DNA of 60,669 nucleotides, filler included, from Globobulimina sp. (taxonomy: Eukaryota): assembly GCA_003354225.1 (NCBI GenBank). It is 16 parts of 16 records of this genome, joined end to end, with 100 filler letters (N's around TTAATTAATTAA, not from the genome) between each part and the next. Parts side by side here need not be neighbours in the genome. Positions count along the whole stretch, not along the records: positions 34,198 to 37,895 come from PIVH01002248.1; positions 37,996 to 41,692 come from PIVH01002249.1; positions 41,793 to 45,489 come from PIVH01002250.1; positions 45,590 to 49,284 come from PIVH01002251.1; 12 more parts are not named here. One strand, given 5' to 3'. This document shows positions 36,127 through 48,354 of this stretch, one piece after another. The position numbers and the translations under genes were made by a program. The number at the start of each line of letters is the position of its first letter. Position 1 is the first letter of the stretch. Under the pieces are notes generated by a model. That model ran no database searches, had not been told where the DNA came from, and saw only the letters and a list, made by a program, of their open reading frames with translations.

Positions 36127-37600
36127 ATGTCGTCGCTACCAAGTGCCGCTGCCAATAATCTAAGTCGTAGACGTACACGTATGCGACACCAACGTCAACG
36201 TGGTACGGAAGCAATCTATTTTCGAGATGGTGTGCAAATACGTTGTCATCATACTGCTAAAAGACAATGGGAAAAATTGAATGGATGTGGTACCCCAGAT
36301 ATTGAATTTGTAAATGATCACATTGGCAATTCATTCACATGTGCAATTTGCATGGAAATCATGACTGATCCGGTCAACATTGGCTGCAGTCACATATTTT
36401 GCAGTTTATGTCTTCGTAGGACTGTCGCCGCAAATACAGATGATGTGCGATGCCCGACCTGTCGTCAACAGTTTTTAATACACCATGTCCGCATCGATCA
36501 TTTTGCAAAAAGAATGATTGACAATCTAAGAATTAAATGTCCAAATCATCAAATTACAGAAAAAAGAAAAATGTTGATTCAGCAAAGAACGCTTGATTTA
36601 CGAAATCGTGCCTCCGGACCACGGCGCTCACAAAGCTTAAGAGAACGGTACATGCAAATATTTATTTGTTCATTTATTACGTAGTACACAACTCAAATCC
36701 AAACAGACCAAACAGAAACAATCCACAGTCGCAGTCTCAGTCTCGTTCTCGATCCCGAGACCGGTATATTTCATGTATATTTATATTTTTTTGTTGTTGG
36801 AAACGTTTCTTTTCATGCACAGAAACAATAATAACTCAAATAATAACAATGAGCCATTGCAAAACGAACAGAAAGAAAACAAAGAAACGGATGAAAAGCA
36901 AGGCGTAGAAGCGCAAAACATATGTAATTGGACTGGCGAATACCGACAAATGGAACAGCATTTGGATGAATGTGGATTTGCAATTATTCCCTGTGAGACG
37001 TGTTATATTCCCATTTTTCGCAATAAAAGTGGTGAACACGAAGTAGTATGTCCGTGGAAAGTAATTGCGTGCGATAGATGCAGCCAAGAGTACCGACAAT
37101 GCGATTTGGCAAATCATCGATGTCCATTGGAAGTTATAAGATGTAGTTGGTGCGCTACTCCACATCGCAGAGACCAACTCATTAATCATTATAAACGATG
37201 TGATGAGAAACCAATAAAATGCGAATTTTATGAATATGGATGTAGGCCATTGATAGTTCGTGCAATCATGAAGACACATTTAGAGAACAATCCATCGCGG
37301 CATTTATCAATGGTGAGGAAGAAATGCAATGAACTGAATGAGTTGGAGGATAAATATACGGAATTGAATGATAATTATGAAGATTTGCAGTCAAGTCATG
37401 AAAAGTTGGAGGCAGACCATGAGGAATTGCAAAGTGAGCATGAAGAGTTGCAGGGCGATCATGAAACGTTGAAAGAGGATCATGAGACTTTGAAAGAGGA
37501 TCATGATGCATTGAAAGAGGAGCACGACGAATTGGAGAGTAAAGTGGAGAGAATGGATAGAATGCAGAATTCGATCGCTAGAGTTGTATTTGGAAGATGA
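36127..37600 (+). CDS. RING + TRAF zinc-finger E3 ligase-like protein with C-terminal heptad coiled coil; introns 36648-36706 (or -36715) and 36764-36822
   Basis: CAICMEIMTDPVNIGCSHIFCSLC..CPTC (C3HC4 RING), CNWTG..HLDEC and further TRAF-type fingers. No MATH domain. Confidence 0.88.
37397..37543 (+). repeat. Seven imperfect 21-bp coding repeats (HE.L..D/E heptads)
   Basis: catgaaaagttggaggcagac, catgaggaattgcaaagtgag, catgaaacgttgaaagaggat and similar units. Confidence 0.9.
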
Positions 37601-38023
37601 TATCTTCACACTTGACTTGTTATACGCTAGCTAGCTATTTTAAATTGTTCAAAGCTGAATTGAAGCAAAATTTAATTAAAAATGTTTATATCAACTTTGT
37701 ATGTTCAGTTAGAGTCTCAGAGAAGTACATGAAAATAATAACAATGTCTACGGGTCAGACAAAAAAACAGAAACTTTTGGAAGGAAAATCGGTTAATAAT
37801 AAAATGTTAATGGTTCCCGATGAAACACAACCTTTAAGAATTCAATTTTGACTTTCAATGTTTTTATTTTGAATAATCTGTAAAAAACTGTAAATNNNNN
37901 NNNNNNNNNNNNNNNNNNNNNNNNNNNNNNNNNNNNNNNTTAATTAATTAANNNNNNNNNNNNNNNNNNNNNNNNNNNNNNNNNNNNNNNNNNNNTAATA
38001 TTTTTATATGTGCTTGTACATGT

Positions 38024-39122
38024 TTAAGTTGATGTTGCTACACTTATTTCTTTGGTATCATTGATACTCGATGTCTTTTCCATTGATGGTTGTGCGCTCG
38101 TTTCAGTAATTACAATATCTGGCTTGCCACTAACATATTTACTTAACGTGATTGATTTCTTTGTCCGGCTCGATACATATAAATTAATTATTCCATGACA
38201 GCAACGATTTAAACCACAACATAATTTGAAATATATTTTTGTAGTGAACGGGTATTGTAGTGAACGGGTAGTGAACGGGTATTCCAATTAATATAAGCGC
38301 ATCGCCTTGAAATTGAATTACTAAGGCATCAGACCACCGATCTCCAATAAAAGGGCCTCCCGCTCCCCAGACAAAAATAACAAGCCAAATACATCCATTT
38401 AAAGCCACATAACGTGAAGCAACTGCCATTAGTTTCTGATTGTTGCCGGATCGTCCAGTTGATGAGGTTGAGGATGATAGAGAGTCAAAGGAAACTTCTT
38501 TAATTTGTACTGCCTCAACTTTGCTGGTTTCAATCATCACCAAACACAAATTGCGAACAAATAAAACACTGACTGTTAGAAACACGAATAAATCCAATAT
38601 TACACCAAGTCCTATAATAATAAGACCTAATTTCACTATCTTTGTATTGGAATTCAAAAATATGAGATAGCCAAATAAACCAACAATGCAGAATAATGTA
38701 CCAATATGAAAAAACGTGAGTAAGCAGGCATATAATCTTTGGGATAGATCATAAACAGAACCTATGAATGAGGATTTTACCCTTACAATTAATGATAATA
38801 TCAAGATGTAGGTATTGGAGTATATTGACTGTAGGAATACGAATCTGAGCGATCTAGAGAACGCAAATAAATCCATGTAGCATAATATGAAGGAGAAATC
38901 ACCAGATAAACACATTACAGTGGACATGATGCCTGCTGTTATAAGTAACCGGTTAAATATTGCTTGTGTGTCACCGGATTTTTTAGCAGGCTTCATGTAT
39001 AATGAACGGATGCAATACCAAAATGCAGCAACACAGATAAATGTGCAAATAATATGGATTATTAGACTCGTGAGAAAAAAAATTGCATATTTCTGGCCAT
39101 CACAGAATAGAGTGGATTCCAT
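38024..39122 (-). pseudogene. Seven-TM receptor-like membrane protein, frameshifted near the last helix by a local duplication
   Basis: Seven hydrophobic segments in ORF 38184-39122. The plausible native tail LQYPFTTKIYFKLCCGLNRCC lies in another frame (38024-38287), and the frame change falls at a triplicated ACCCGTTCACT. Confidence 0.7.
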
Positions 39123-39189
39123 TATGCCAAGTTAGATTTATTTAATAAAGTTTTCATCCTAAGTTGTGCTCAATTTGTGATCACTCATC

Positions 39190-41692
39190 ATGGCTGACGA
39201 TGGCGACCGAACAAACGTTATAGAAACTAAAGCCACCGAACAAGAAGACCAAGCAGGAGAACCTGTAAAAGGCGATGTAGAACTGGCGACATTGACAGAT
39301 GACAAGGCAGACAGTGAAGGCACCGAAGATGATACGGAAGAAAAAAAAGAGATAGACTCGGAAGAAGAGCCGCTTGCTCAAGACACCGTTCGTGACGACA
39401 GCGAAGACAGCAAACAATATTACAAATTGGATGATTTTGAATTAGAATTTAATGTGAAAGGATTACGTGAACGTTTCGACAAAATCATAGAAGAATACAG
39501 TGGATTCGAAGAGGACATATACACTGTAAAAGAGCGAGAATTAATGGACATTTTAGGTAATTTAGCCATTGATTCCTATGGCATATTGCTATGGATATTA
39601 TGTATGGATCAATTAGAGACTGAGAGGAAGAAAATCATCTGGGATATTTTAATATTTTTGGCAATGCGCATGCCAACGCAAGTGGCCATGGACTTATTAA
39701 TCCATTATTCCTCCAACATGGCGCGGTATTCGCCCACCGATGTCAGTGAATTAGGCAAAGCCTTAGTTCATGGCTCGCAATTCCCGTTGGCCACTTGTCT
39801 CGTATTAAGTGCCTTTTTTTTAGACGCAGCAAAGAAAGACCTAACTCGCACCAAACAGCTACAACAATTAAGCAAAGAGTATGCGATTCGAGCCACCACC
39901 ATTTTGGAAGAGATTGAAAATGACTATTTAGCTGTCATTATGTTAGAAACGCCCTCGTTTCACGAGAATAATAAATCGCCCTTAGAAATTGCATTGGGAC
40001 ACGACATCATTGATTTTTTAGCCTGCAACAAAGTGTCGCGTATAAGCAATGCAATTTGGACATTGCCTAACTTGATGCAGGTAAATTGGCGAAAAAATAT
40101 CTGCATTTTTGCCAAATAACATATAATAACATGTATATCGAAAAGAACCCGTTTGTATACATGTGCTTTTCGTATTATATAATTATATGTTATTTTCAGT
40201 TCGAACGAACCGTTTTTATGAGCTTCAAAATGAAAATATGTCCACGCGTACGTTACATACATAGGTCGGTGCAGACACACAGTCAGCCTTCGCTTTAAGT
40301 CATTTTTCAGCGGGTGATATTCACCAAGCTTTGTTGCAAGATTCCTACTCATTTTATTTCAGCTCCATGGGGTACTTCACCGTCGAAGTGGTGACTTACA
40401 TATTGTATTTGGGCATGTTCACATATTTAACGCATTTGCGTACGCCGGTGGACGACCCGCCAACTTGGGTCGACTATATATTCTGGGGCGGAAACATCGG
40501 TTTTGTGTTGGGCGAAGTCATAGAATTAGGCTATGACGGCTGGCGGGAATATTTAAGCAAATGGCAGAACTGGTTAGATGTGGTCATCTCTGTCAACTTC
40601 GTCTTGATTATCATAATCCGCTCCTTTGTCACCATATTTTCCAGCTACAGCGATGCCTTTGTTGGCGACAATGATATATTGAGCTTAATCTATAAATGCA
40701 TCTGGGCTTTGAATGTGGTCATATTATGGCTCCGCTTGCTACATTTCATGTTATTGTCGCGTTCCATTGGTCCCTTGATCACGAATATTAAAAATATGTT
40801 AATTGACATTGCCTCGTTTGGTAAGATGTACGTGTTGATTTTGTTGGGTTTTGTGTTTGGTTTATATTTCTTGATTGGCGGCGAAGACAAGAATGTGTTG
40901 TTTGAGACCGTGGACCAAAGCGTGGTTACTTTGATCAAGACTACTTTAGGACAATTAGAGTGGGAATGTGTGCGCGATGTGGAATTGGATGGGACAGACA
41001 GCGACACCTCGCTAACTACGACCGGTGCTCCCATAGAAACAGTGGAGGAATGTCAGTGTGATTATGGCTGTGAATACTTGTCTGTCACAGATGAGACCCG
41101 CGGTGATTTAGCAACGATATTGCTGATTATCTTCAGTTTGGTGACATTGATCGTGTTGTTCAATCTGTTAACAGCTATGATGGCCACTACGTATCGGTTC
41201 ATTACAGAGAGATCGGATAAGGAGGTCTTGTCAAGTAAGGTGGCGTTGGGGGTCGAATATGACCGACAAAATCAAGTCATGCCAGTTAAATATTGTATAT
41301 ATTACATTTCTATTCGTAATCGTAACACACATATTTTATACGCGTACAGCCACCGTTTAACATTGTAGTGGTGATCTTATTTGTGATATATTCCACGTTT
41401 GATGCATTATTACTATTCTTTACACAAAAATTCATCTCTGAGTCGTATGGCAAAAAGCAATGGAAATGCGAGAATTGTAATTGTCTCAACGAGTATGATG
41501 CGGATAATGACGCGGATGTGGCTGACAATGACAGTTTATATGAAATGGACGCCGATGACAGTTTTAGGCGTTTAATATCATTGCAGAGTAATACCGATCA
41601 TATCTGCCAATTATGTGGCAGCTATCAGACGCATGTCCGCGCCAAGAGGCGGTATTGGAGGAACCCGCGGCAATACAGCGAAGGCGATGGGC
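39190..41692 (+). CDS. TRP-like cation channel; introns 40081-40264 and 41285-41349; 3' truncated
   Basis: YLSKWQNWLDV, LWLRLLHFMLLSRSIGPLI, TLIKTTLGQ, VLFNLLTAMMATTY, and spliced QVMP-PPFNI. Related to the channel at 31131-34097. Confidence 0.9.
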
Positions 41693-42101
41693 NNNNNNNN
41701 NNNNNNNNNNNNNNNNNNNNNNNNNNNNNNNNNNNNTTAATTAATTAANNNNNNNNNNNNNNNNNNNNNNNNNNNNNNNNNNNNNNNNNNNNTGAAATTA
41801 AATTGTGATTTGTGGAATATTGCTTGGTATAATGACACAAAATTGCATCATTCCGAAAATATTGAACCTGATCTATCTTATTATTTTATCATTCAATTGT
41901 GTGCCTCTGCTACTTCACACTATGAAGTTGTTGAAACCCCAATGTTTGAATAATGACACCGCTGGTTTTATGTTTCTGATAATATGCTTCTTCATTTTGT
42001 AAATAATGAATAAATAATTGAACGTGTTGTACACCGCAGATGCGCTGCTGGGTTTTTTTCTGCTGTTACAAAAATATCAACATAAAAACTTTGTGGTGAG
42101 C

Positions 42102-44156
42102 ATGGCTTCCACACAACCAACTCTCACAGATCCAGACAAGGTGGGATTGTTAATACAATACAGACAGAAAATGGATAAGTTGAACGATACACAGTTGTAT
42201 AAACACTCAAATGCTTCACTTCGCTTATTATCAACCCAACAATTAAAAAATGTCTTATTTGTTGGACTTAACTCGATTAAAAATGAGCTTTCATATCATC
42301 AATTATTTCAAATGAAATCCTCAATAAATCAAATGATTGAAGAAGCCAAAAAATTAAAAGAAAAAAGTGAATCAAAGTCAAAGGAGTCAGTGATGAATAA
42401 ACAATTAATAATTCCGATAATACCGAAGAATGCGTCATTAACAAAAGTTATCCCATTCGATATTATTAGTAATAATATTTGCCGTTTCCTTACAATGTCA
42501 TCCATTACCAATCTGGCAAAAGTTGATCGAAAATTGGCAATAATCTGTCATACACCGACCTCAATTAATAATTTAATGCATAGATACGATCCATATAAAT
42601 ATGCGGAGACAGAAAATGATATTATGATCGATGGACATTATGACCGTTTACATTTATGGACATTATCGCTGTCAAATATGCACAGATTAAAAAATATAGA
42701 AACATTATCAATTGATTTAGAATATATAAATGAATTCATCAGTATGGAAATATTAAATTCATTCAGCAACGTTAAACATTTATCATTTTTCGATATGAAA
42801 GATGGTGAGTCGTATTATGACGATAACTCCAATGTTGTCAAACCAATGCCTTTATTAGAAACTATTTCCTTTACGAATATGAATATTCTTCCAAATATAT
42901 TATATTTATTGCAACAATACCAATTAAATGATATCAATGAAGCTGCAGTTCATTCATTTTACAATCAAATTATTTATCAGTTAAAATCTATCGCTTTTAT
43001 TGATTGTGGTTTCGATGCATTACAATTATTTGAATACGATGATGATAATAGGATATTTTCACAATATAGAAATATGGTCAATTTTATATTGCCGCCACAA
43101 CCAAATAATTTACAAGTTTTGAAGCTGGAAAATTCATTTTTAAATGAAACGGAACACCCAGAATGCAATGATGCTAATGATGAATTTAATAATGTCGACA
43201 GAATTAAACAGTCATTAGCCAATTTAAAAGGATTTGTTTGTGGCAATGATGCTGACAATGATAATATATTTTATAATTTAGAAAGACATATTTTATCCAA
43301 TTTAATATCATTTAAATATTTAAAGTCCTTGCATACACATTCGAATTCATATCAAATTGAAACGTATTTGAATAATAATAATAGAAATGCATTATTTAAA
43401 ATTACTGAATTATGTATGTCAGTATCAATGAATCAAAATGCAAGATCGCAATTATATACTCTTAAAAGATTAGTACCAAATTTGGAGAAATTATGTTTAG
43501 TGATTTATATCTCTGACGATGACAAAAAGCATACATCAAAGTTTGAAAAAATAATTAAATCAATATTAAAATGTGAAACAGAATTGAAATTATTTCAATT
43601 AGTGTTGGTGTTAAAAGATGATAGGAATACAAATAAAACATTTTGTGAAACAAAAATAAATATTTTAACTGATTTAGCCAATAAATTAGTTAAAGTATGG
43701 AATTACATACAAAATTATTATACTGATAGTTGTAAAAATTCATTGTTATTTAAATTGCATATAAAGTCATCACATTCAAGGCTAAAACCGGAATGTTGTA
43801 CAGATGGTTCTGCAATGCAAGCTTTTGCGGATATTATTCAAAATATGGTAATAAATTATTTGGTCGCTTATCCAATCGGGAAAATACAATTTAAATATAG
43901 TTGGAATGCTGATGACCATGACGTTATTTGTAATAAATTATCACATGTCATGAGACGATTACATCGATTGTTTACAGTTAGTGTTAAAGGTGGAGGCAGT
44001 TTAAAGCATTTGAGTGCAGGACATATGTGTTATAGTGATATGGATTTCAGACAATATGCAATAAGCATTACACAAAAAAATATTGATCAATGCATCGAAT
44101 ATGAGAATAAATGGAAAGTGGATTGTCGATATTGTTGTAACACTCCTTGGGTTTGA
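42102..44156 (+). CDS. F-box-like protein with degenerate LRR region
   Basis: Single long exon. SLTKVIPFDIISNNICRFLTMSSITNLAKVDRKLAIIC, then NIETLSI, NVKHLSF, LLETISF and NLEKLCL. Confidence 0.75.
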   Translation: MASTQPTLTDPDKVGLLIQYRQKMDKLNDTQLYKHSNASLRLLSTQQLKNVLFVGLNSIKNELSYHQLFQMKSSINQMIEEAKKLKEKSESKSKESVMNKQLIIPIIPKNASLTKVIPFDIISNNICRFLTMSSITNLAKVDRKLAIICHTPTSINNLMHRYDPYKYAETENDIMIDGHYDRLHLWTLSLSNMHRLKNIETLSIDLEYINEFISMEILNSFSNVKHLSFFDMKDGESYYDDNSNVVKPMPLLETISFTNMNILPNILYLLQQYQLNDINEAAVHSFYNQIIYQLKSIAFIDCGFDALQLFEYDDDNRIFSQYRNMVNFILPPQPNNLQVLKLENSFLNETEHPECNDANDEFNNVDRIKQSLANLKGFVCGNDADNDNIFYNLERHILSNLISFKYLKSLHTHSNSYQIETYLNNNNRNALFKITELCMSVSMNQNARSQLYTLKRLVPNLEKLCLVIYISDDDKKHTSKFEKIIKSILKCETELKLFQLVLVLKDDRNTNKTFCETKINILTDLANKLVKVWNYIQNYYTDSCKNSLLFKLHIKSSHSRLKPECCTDGSAMQAFADIIQNMVINYLVAYPIGKIQFKYSWNADDHDVICNKLSHVMRRLHRLFTVSVKGGGSLKHLSAGHMCYSDMDFRQYAISITQKNIDQCIEYENKWKVDCRYCCNTPWV

Positions 44157-44401
44157 TTTTGTTTTGAGATTACTTTAATTTTACATTTATACAACAATGG
44201 GTGTTTTTAATAGATTAAGAAAATGTTTTTGGCGGAGTTAAATACACCTATAAATCGGACTTTAGTGTTATTAACAGCCCAAGTTTTAGAACAAAACGGT
44301 GAAAACCACCAAAAACAACGATTCTCATCAATTTAGATCAAAATTTAATTTGATATCGCAATCATGATCAGAACACGCTTATTTATTCGAACTTTTTTTT
44401 G

Positions 44402-44477
44402 TGTTACAAAAATATCAACATAAAAACGTCGTGGTGAGCATGGCTTCCACACAACCAGCTCTCACAGATCCAGACAA
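44402..44477 (+). repeat. 76-bp direct duplicate of the 5' UTR and first codons of the upstream F-box gene (42064-42139)
   Basis: tgttacaaaaatatcaacataaaaac...catggcttccacacaacc..tctcacagatccagacaa, with 3 mismatches in 76 nt. Confidence 0.95.
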
Positions 44478-44623
44478 ACCGAGGCATAAGAAAATGTTGC
44501 TGATCGTGAGTTTTCCATCATCGATATCTGCGACACTTAACGCAATATCTTGTAATGCAGATGCCATTGTCGAAGAGTGAAAACAGTAATTTATCCCCAC
44601 ATTCAAAAACCCAAAACTTCAGC

Positions 44624-45489
44624 ATGTTTAGACGCAGAAAACAATGGCATCCCAATGGGGATTTCCCAACCGCATCAGTTCAACGCGCACCCTTTGAACG
44701 CCATTTAGAAAAAAATAAAATCCTTTACACCACACGTTATGAGCAACATAACGCAGATAAATGTGGCATCTTCGAATATGATGTAGAAAGTGGCGAAAAC
44801 CGTGCAATATGTTTATGGACAGACCTCGAATATTATCCTCGATGGGACGTATCTGTATATAACGAAGCCGATGATAGCATAATATTCGTTGGTGGTGCAA
44901 ATGTAACAAACCACCATCATCGATACCAAGTCTTAGTGGTTTACAATTTGCGCGACAACAGCCACCGAAAAATAAAAATACCAATCATAGTGGGTGGAAA
45001 TGCGCGAATCTGTCTCTCTGAAAATGATAATTTATTACATATTATCGGCGGAACCAGCAATGACAAACACATAACATACGATTTGCGCTCACATAAAATC
45101 AAATTAATGTATTCGTTCTACAGCGAATATCCACAAATACAGTCCTGCGGATTATTATATGCGCCGTTAACAAATGAAATATTGATGTTCGGCGGGCGAA
45201 GCTCTGCAGAAAGGACAAGTTTTGATGATTTCTGGTCGTTTAACTTAAATAACACATTGGCTCAGTTATCCATGAAAGATTGTTGTTGGTTGTTGATCAA
45301 TGGCTGGATTGTGGAGGAGATCTATTACAAACAAAGCAATTTCAATATCGATTACCCTCTGGAATTAAATGATATTATTTTGAATTTTTTAGGTAACGTT
45401 AACGTTGAAATCTGTTTCTGCGACATCGATAATGTGCTTTTTCTGTAGCTTTAAATTTTTTTGTGTGTTTCTGCAGATATTCTATATAT
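44624..45489 (+). CDS. Kelch-repeat protein, 3' truncated
   Basis: IIFVGG, LHIIGGTSNDKHITYD, ILMFGGRS..FDDFWSF, with a probable intron near 45393-45476. Confidence 0.8.
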
Positions 45490-45589
45490 NNNNNNNNNNN
45501 NNNNNNNNNNNNNNNNNNNNNNNNNNNNNNNNNTTAATTAATTAANNNNNNNNNNNNNNNNNNNNNNNNNNNNNNNNNNNNNNNNNNNN

Positions 45590-47869
45590 TATCATATCTG
45601 ACGATTCTCTCGCACCATCAGTGCTATTTACACCCATTGAAATACCAACATTTGCTACATTTAAAGCCGGTGCGTCATTCACACCGTCACCGGTTACAGC
45701 CACTATAAAGCCTCGTTTCTGGAACTCTTCAACGATAATTTGTTTATGATACGGTGTGGTTCGCGCAAATACCAAATATTCATATGACAGTAAAATATGA
45801 TCCCAATCAGTTTTCGATTCAAGTTGATCGATTTCAGAGCCTGTAACTACTTTGGATTTTGATTTCATACCAAAATCAATTACAACATTTTCTTTGCTTT
45901 CTATATTCTCTTCTTTTATGATTCCGACATGCTTCGCAATGGCTGTTGCAGTTATTTTATGATCGCCGGTGATCATAACCACTTTAATTCCGGCGGCGTT
46001 GCACAATGATATAGATTCAGCGACTTCTTTCCTTGGCGGATCTATCAACGACATGAAGCCAATAAATACTAATTTAGCTGAACCACCGCGGGATGCCTCG
46101 ATAAACCAATTTGCACTCTCAAAGGATTCACCATTAAACTCAAACGAGTCACATCCATCCAATTCTAATTCAAATGTACTCTCTGCGAAACATAAAACGC
46201 GTTCTCCCAATTCTGCAGTTTGTGTCACGTTATTAATGATTAAATCTCTCATTTCATCGTTTAATGCCACTTTCGCATTGTTTTCGTCGTAATAATAACC
46301 ACATAAATCGAGTATAACCTCTGGTGCACCTTTGATGGTCAACAAATATTCTTTGTTTTGACTGTTTTTATCATGAATGGTGAGATGCCATTTATTCTCG
46401 GAGTTGAATGGTATTTCATGTACAATGGGATAATTCTCTTTTATTTTATTCATTTCGTCAATGCCGCCAATGATTGGTATCGATGCGCGTAAAATGCCAG
46501 TTTCCGTCGGATATCCTTTGATTTTATAATGATTATTTTCGTTAGTTTCAATATGTGCATTATTGCATAAAATAGCAACACGAAATAATTTAAAATATGA
46601 ATATGATTCATTGCGGATTTTGCGCATTAATTTGCGCGATTGTAACACTTCGATATTTTGATTATTATTATTATTTGTAACATAAACATGCGACACAGAC
46701 ATTTTCCCAGTCGTAATTGTCCCCGTTTTATCCGAACAAATGACAGAAACACAACCCAATGTTTCAACACTTTGCAGATTCCGAATCAATACATGCTTTC
46801 TCCGCATTCTATGCGCAGATAAAGTCAATGCCAACGTGACAGTCGGCAGCAACCCTTCCGGTATATTTGCGACAATGATACTTATCGCAAACACAATGGT
46901 CAATTGAAATGATACACCATTGGAAATATCAAATATTACAAATATAATACCAATCAAAATGGCAATCCAAGAGATCATTTTGACAAAATGCTGGATTTCG
47001 TGCTCAAAAACTGACTCTGTTTTGTTTTTTATACCTTTTTCAAATGAACTCTTTGCAATCTGCCCTAAAAATGTATCATCCCCGGTTTTATACACAATGC
47101 CTTTCGCCTTTCCTTTCAATAATGATGTACCAAAAAAGAGCACATTTTCTGTATTCATCAAATCCAAATTTGTACATTTATTGGATCGATTTTGTGGCTC
47201 TGACTCGCCGGTTAAACTCGAATTATCCACAAATAAGTCTGACGATGATTCGATTATTATGATATCGCAACTTATCTTATTCCCGGAGCTTAATAATATT
47301 ATATCGCCATTTACTAAATGTTGCGGTAATATTTCAATCTCCTTTCCATCTCTGAGTACAATGACCGTGGAAGGTTGGAATTTGCTAAAGGATGACATTA
47401 TTTTCTCAGATTTTATTTCTTGAAAGAATTGAAATGTACCACTTGAAATAATAACCGTTATCAATGTAATTGGTACTAACAAGTCTGAGTTATCTCGTGA
47501 TTGCTGAATGAATACAAAAACAGCTATTAACCCAACGGAGGCCACCCATAATAAGATGTTAAATATGCCGCCAAAAACATGTTTAAACCATTTAATTAAA
47601 TTGCTATCTTTTTTTGGCGGAGTTAGTGTATTTAAACCGTTTTCGGATAATAAATATTCTGCATATTCACTATCTAAACCGCAACAAAGATCGGTACGGA
47701 AGTAATGTTCTAATTCTTCAATGGACCACGTATGTATCGCATCTGTGTGGTTGTGATCAAAACTTAGCGTCGATCGCCTTGGTCTTTGTCCAGCGTTGGT
47801 TGATAACGTTAATGATGTTGATGATGCGGAAGAGTTCCTGCCACCATTTGTGATGTTGTTGGTAGTCAT
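45590..47869 (-). CDS. P2C-type (Na/K- or H/K-like) P-type ATPase alpha subunit, 3' truncated
   Basis: GLNTLTPPK, FQFFQEIKSEKIMSSF, VDNSSLTGESEPQ, IVANIPEGLLPTVT, CSDKTGT, KGAPE, LGERVL, TGDH, VTGDGVNDAPAL. Confidence 0.95.
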
Positions 47870-48056
47870 CAATGTTCAAACAAGATAATTATTAATTATT
47901 AATGTCAATTGTTTATACATATGAAAGTGTACAAAATATGATTATGACTCGATTATGAGCATATTTCAGAATTAGATCCATCGGATGTATCGATATGTTG
48001 ATTGATTATGACTCATTTCAAAAGTTTAATGCTTCTTTTATCATCCCAGACAACTT

Positions 48057-48305
48057 TCATGTGTGATCAGTATCACGGTGACGATATTTATCATACAATG
48101 CCTGCAATCCTTTATAATTTGAATCAGTGTATCCACACTGAGACGCTACATTGACAATTAGTAATACTTTATTTCTATATTTATCCATTGATACTGTATT
48201 ACCATCGATGTCTATCGCAGAGAAATCATAGATATTTTTATCTGCGCACGCTCCGCTCATTACAGTCAAAGATAACAATATTGTTGCAATTGTGTAATAA
48301 GACAT
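48057..48305 (-). pseudogene. Truncated glutathione peroxidase (Cys type, with signal peptide)
   Basis: IYDFSAIDIDG..KVLLIVNVASQCGYT..NYKGLQALYDKY, then a stop. No FPCNQF or WNF sequence in the 185 bp before the ATPase ORF. Confidence 0.8.
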
Positions 48306-48354
48306 GATCAAGTCAAGAAAACGACAAACATGCACAAGCCACACAGCATGTTAA

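Noticed and set aside
48130..48150. Selenocysteine GPx or stop-codon reassignment
   Set aside because: The active-site codon is TGT. Conserved genes end at TAA, TAG and TGA, and ORF breaks are explained by introns or indels.
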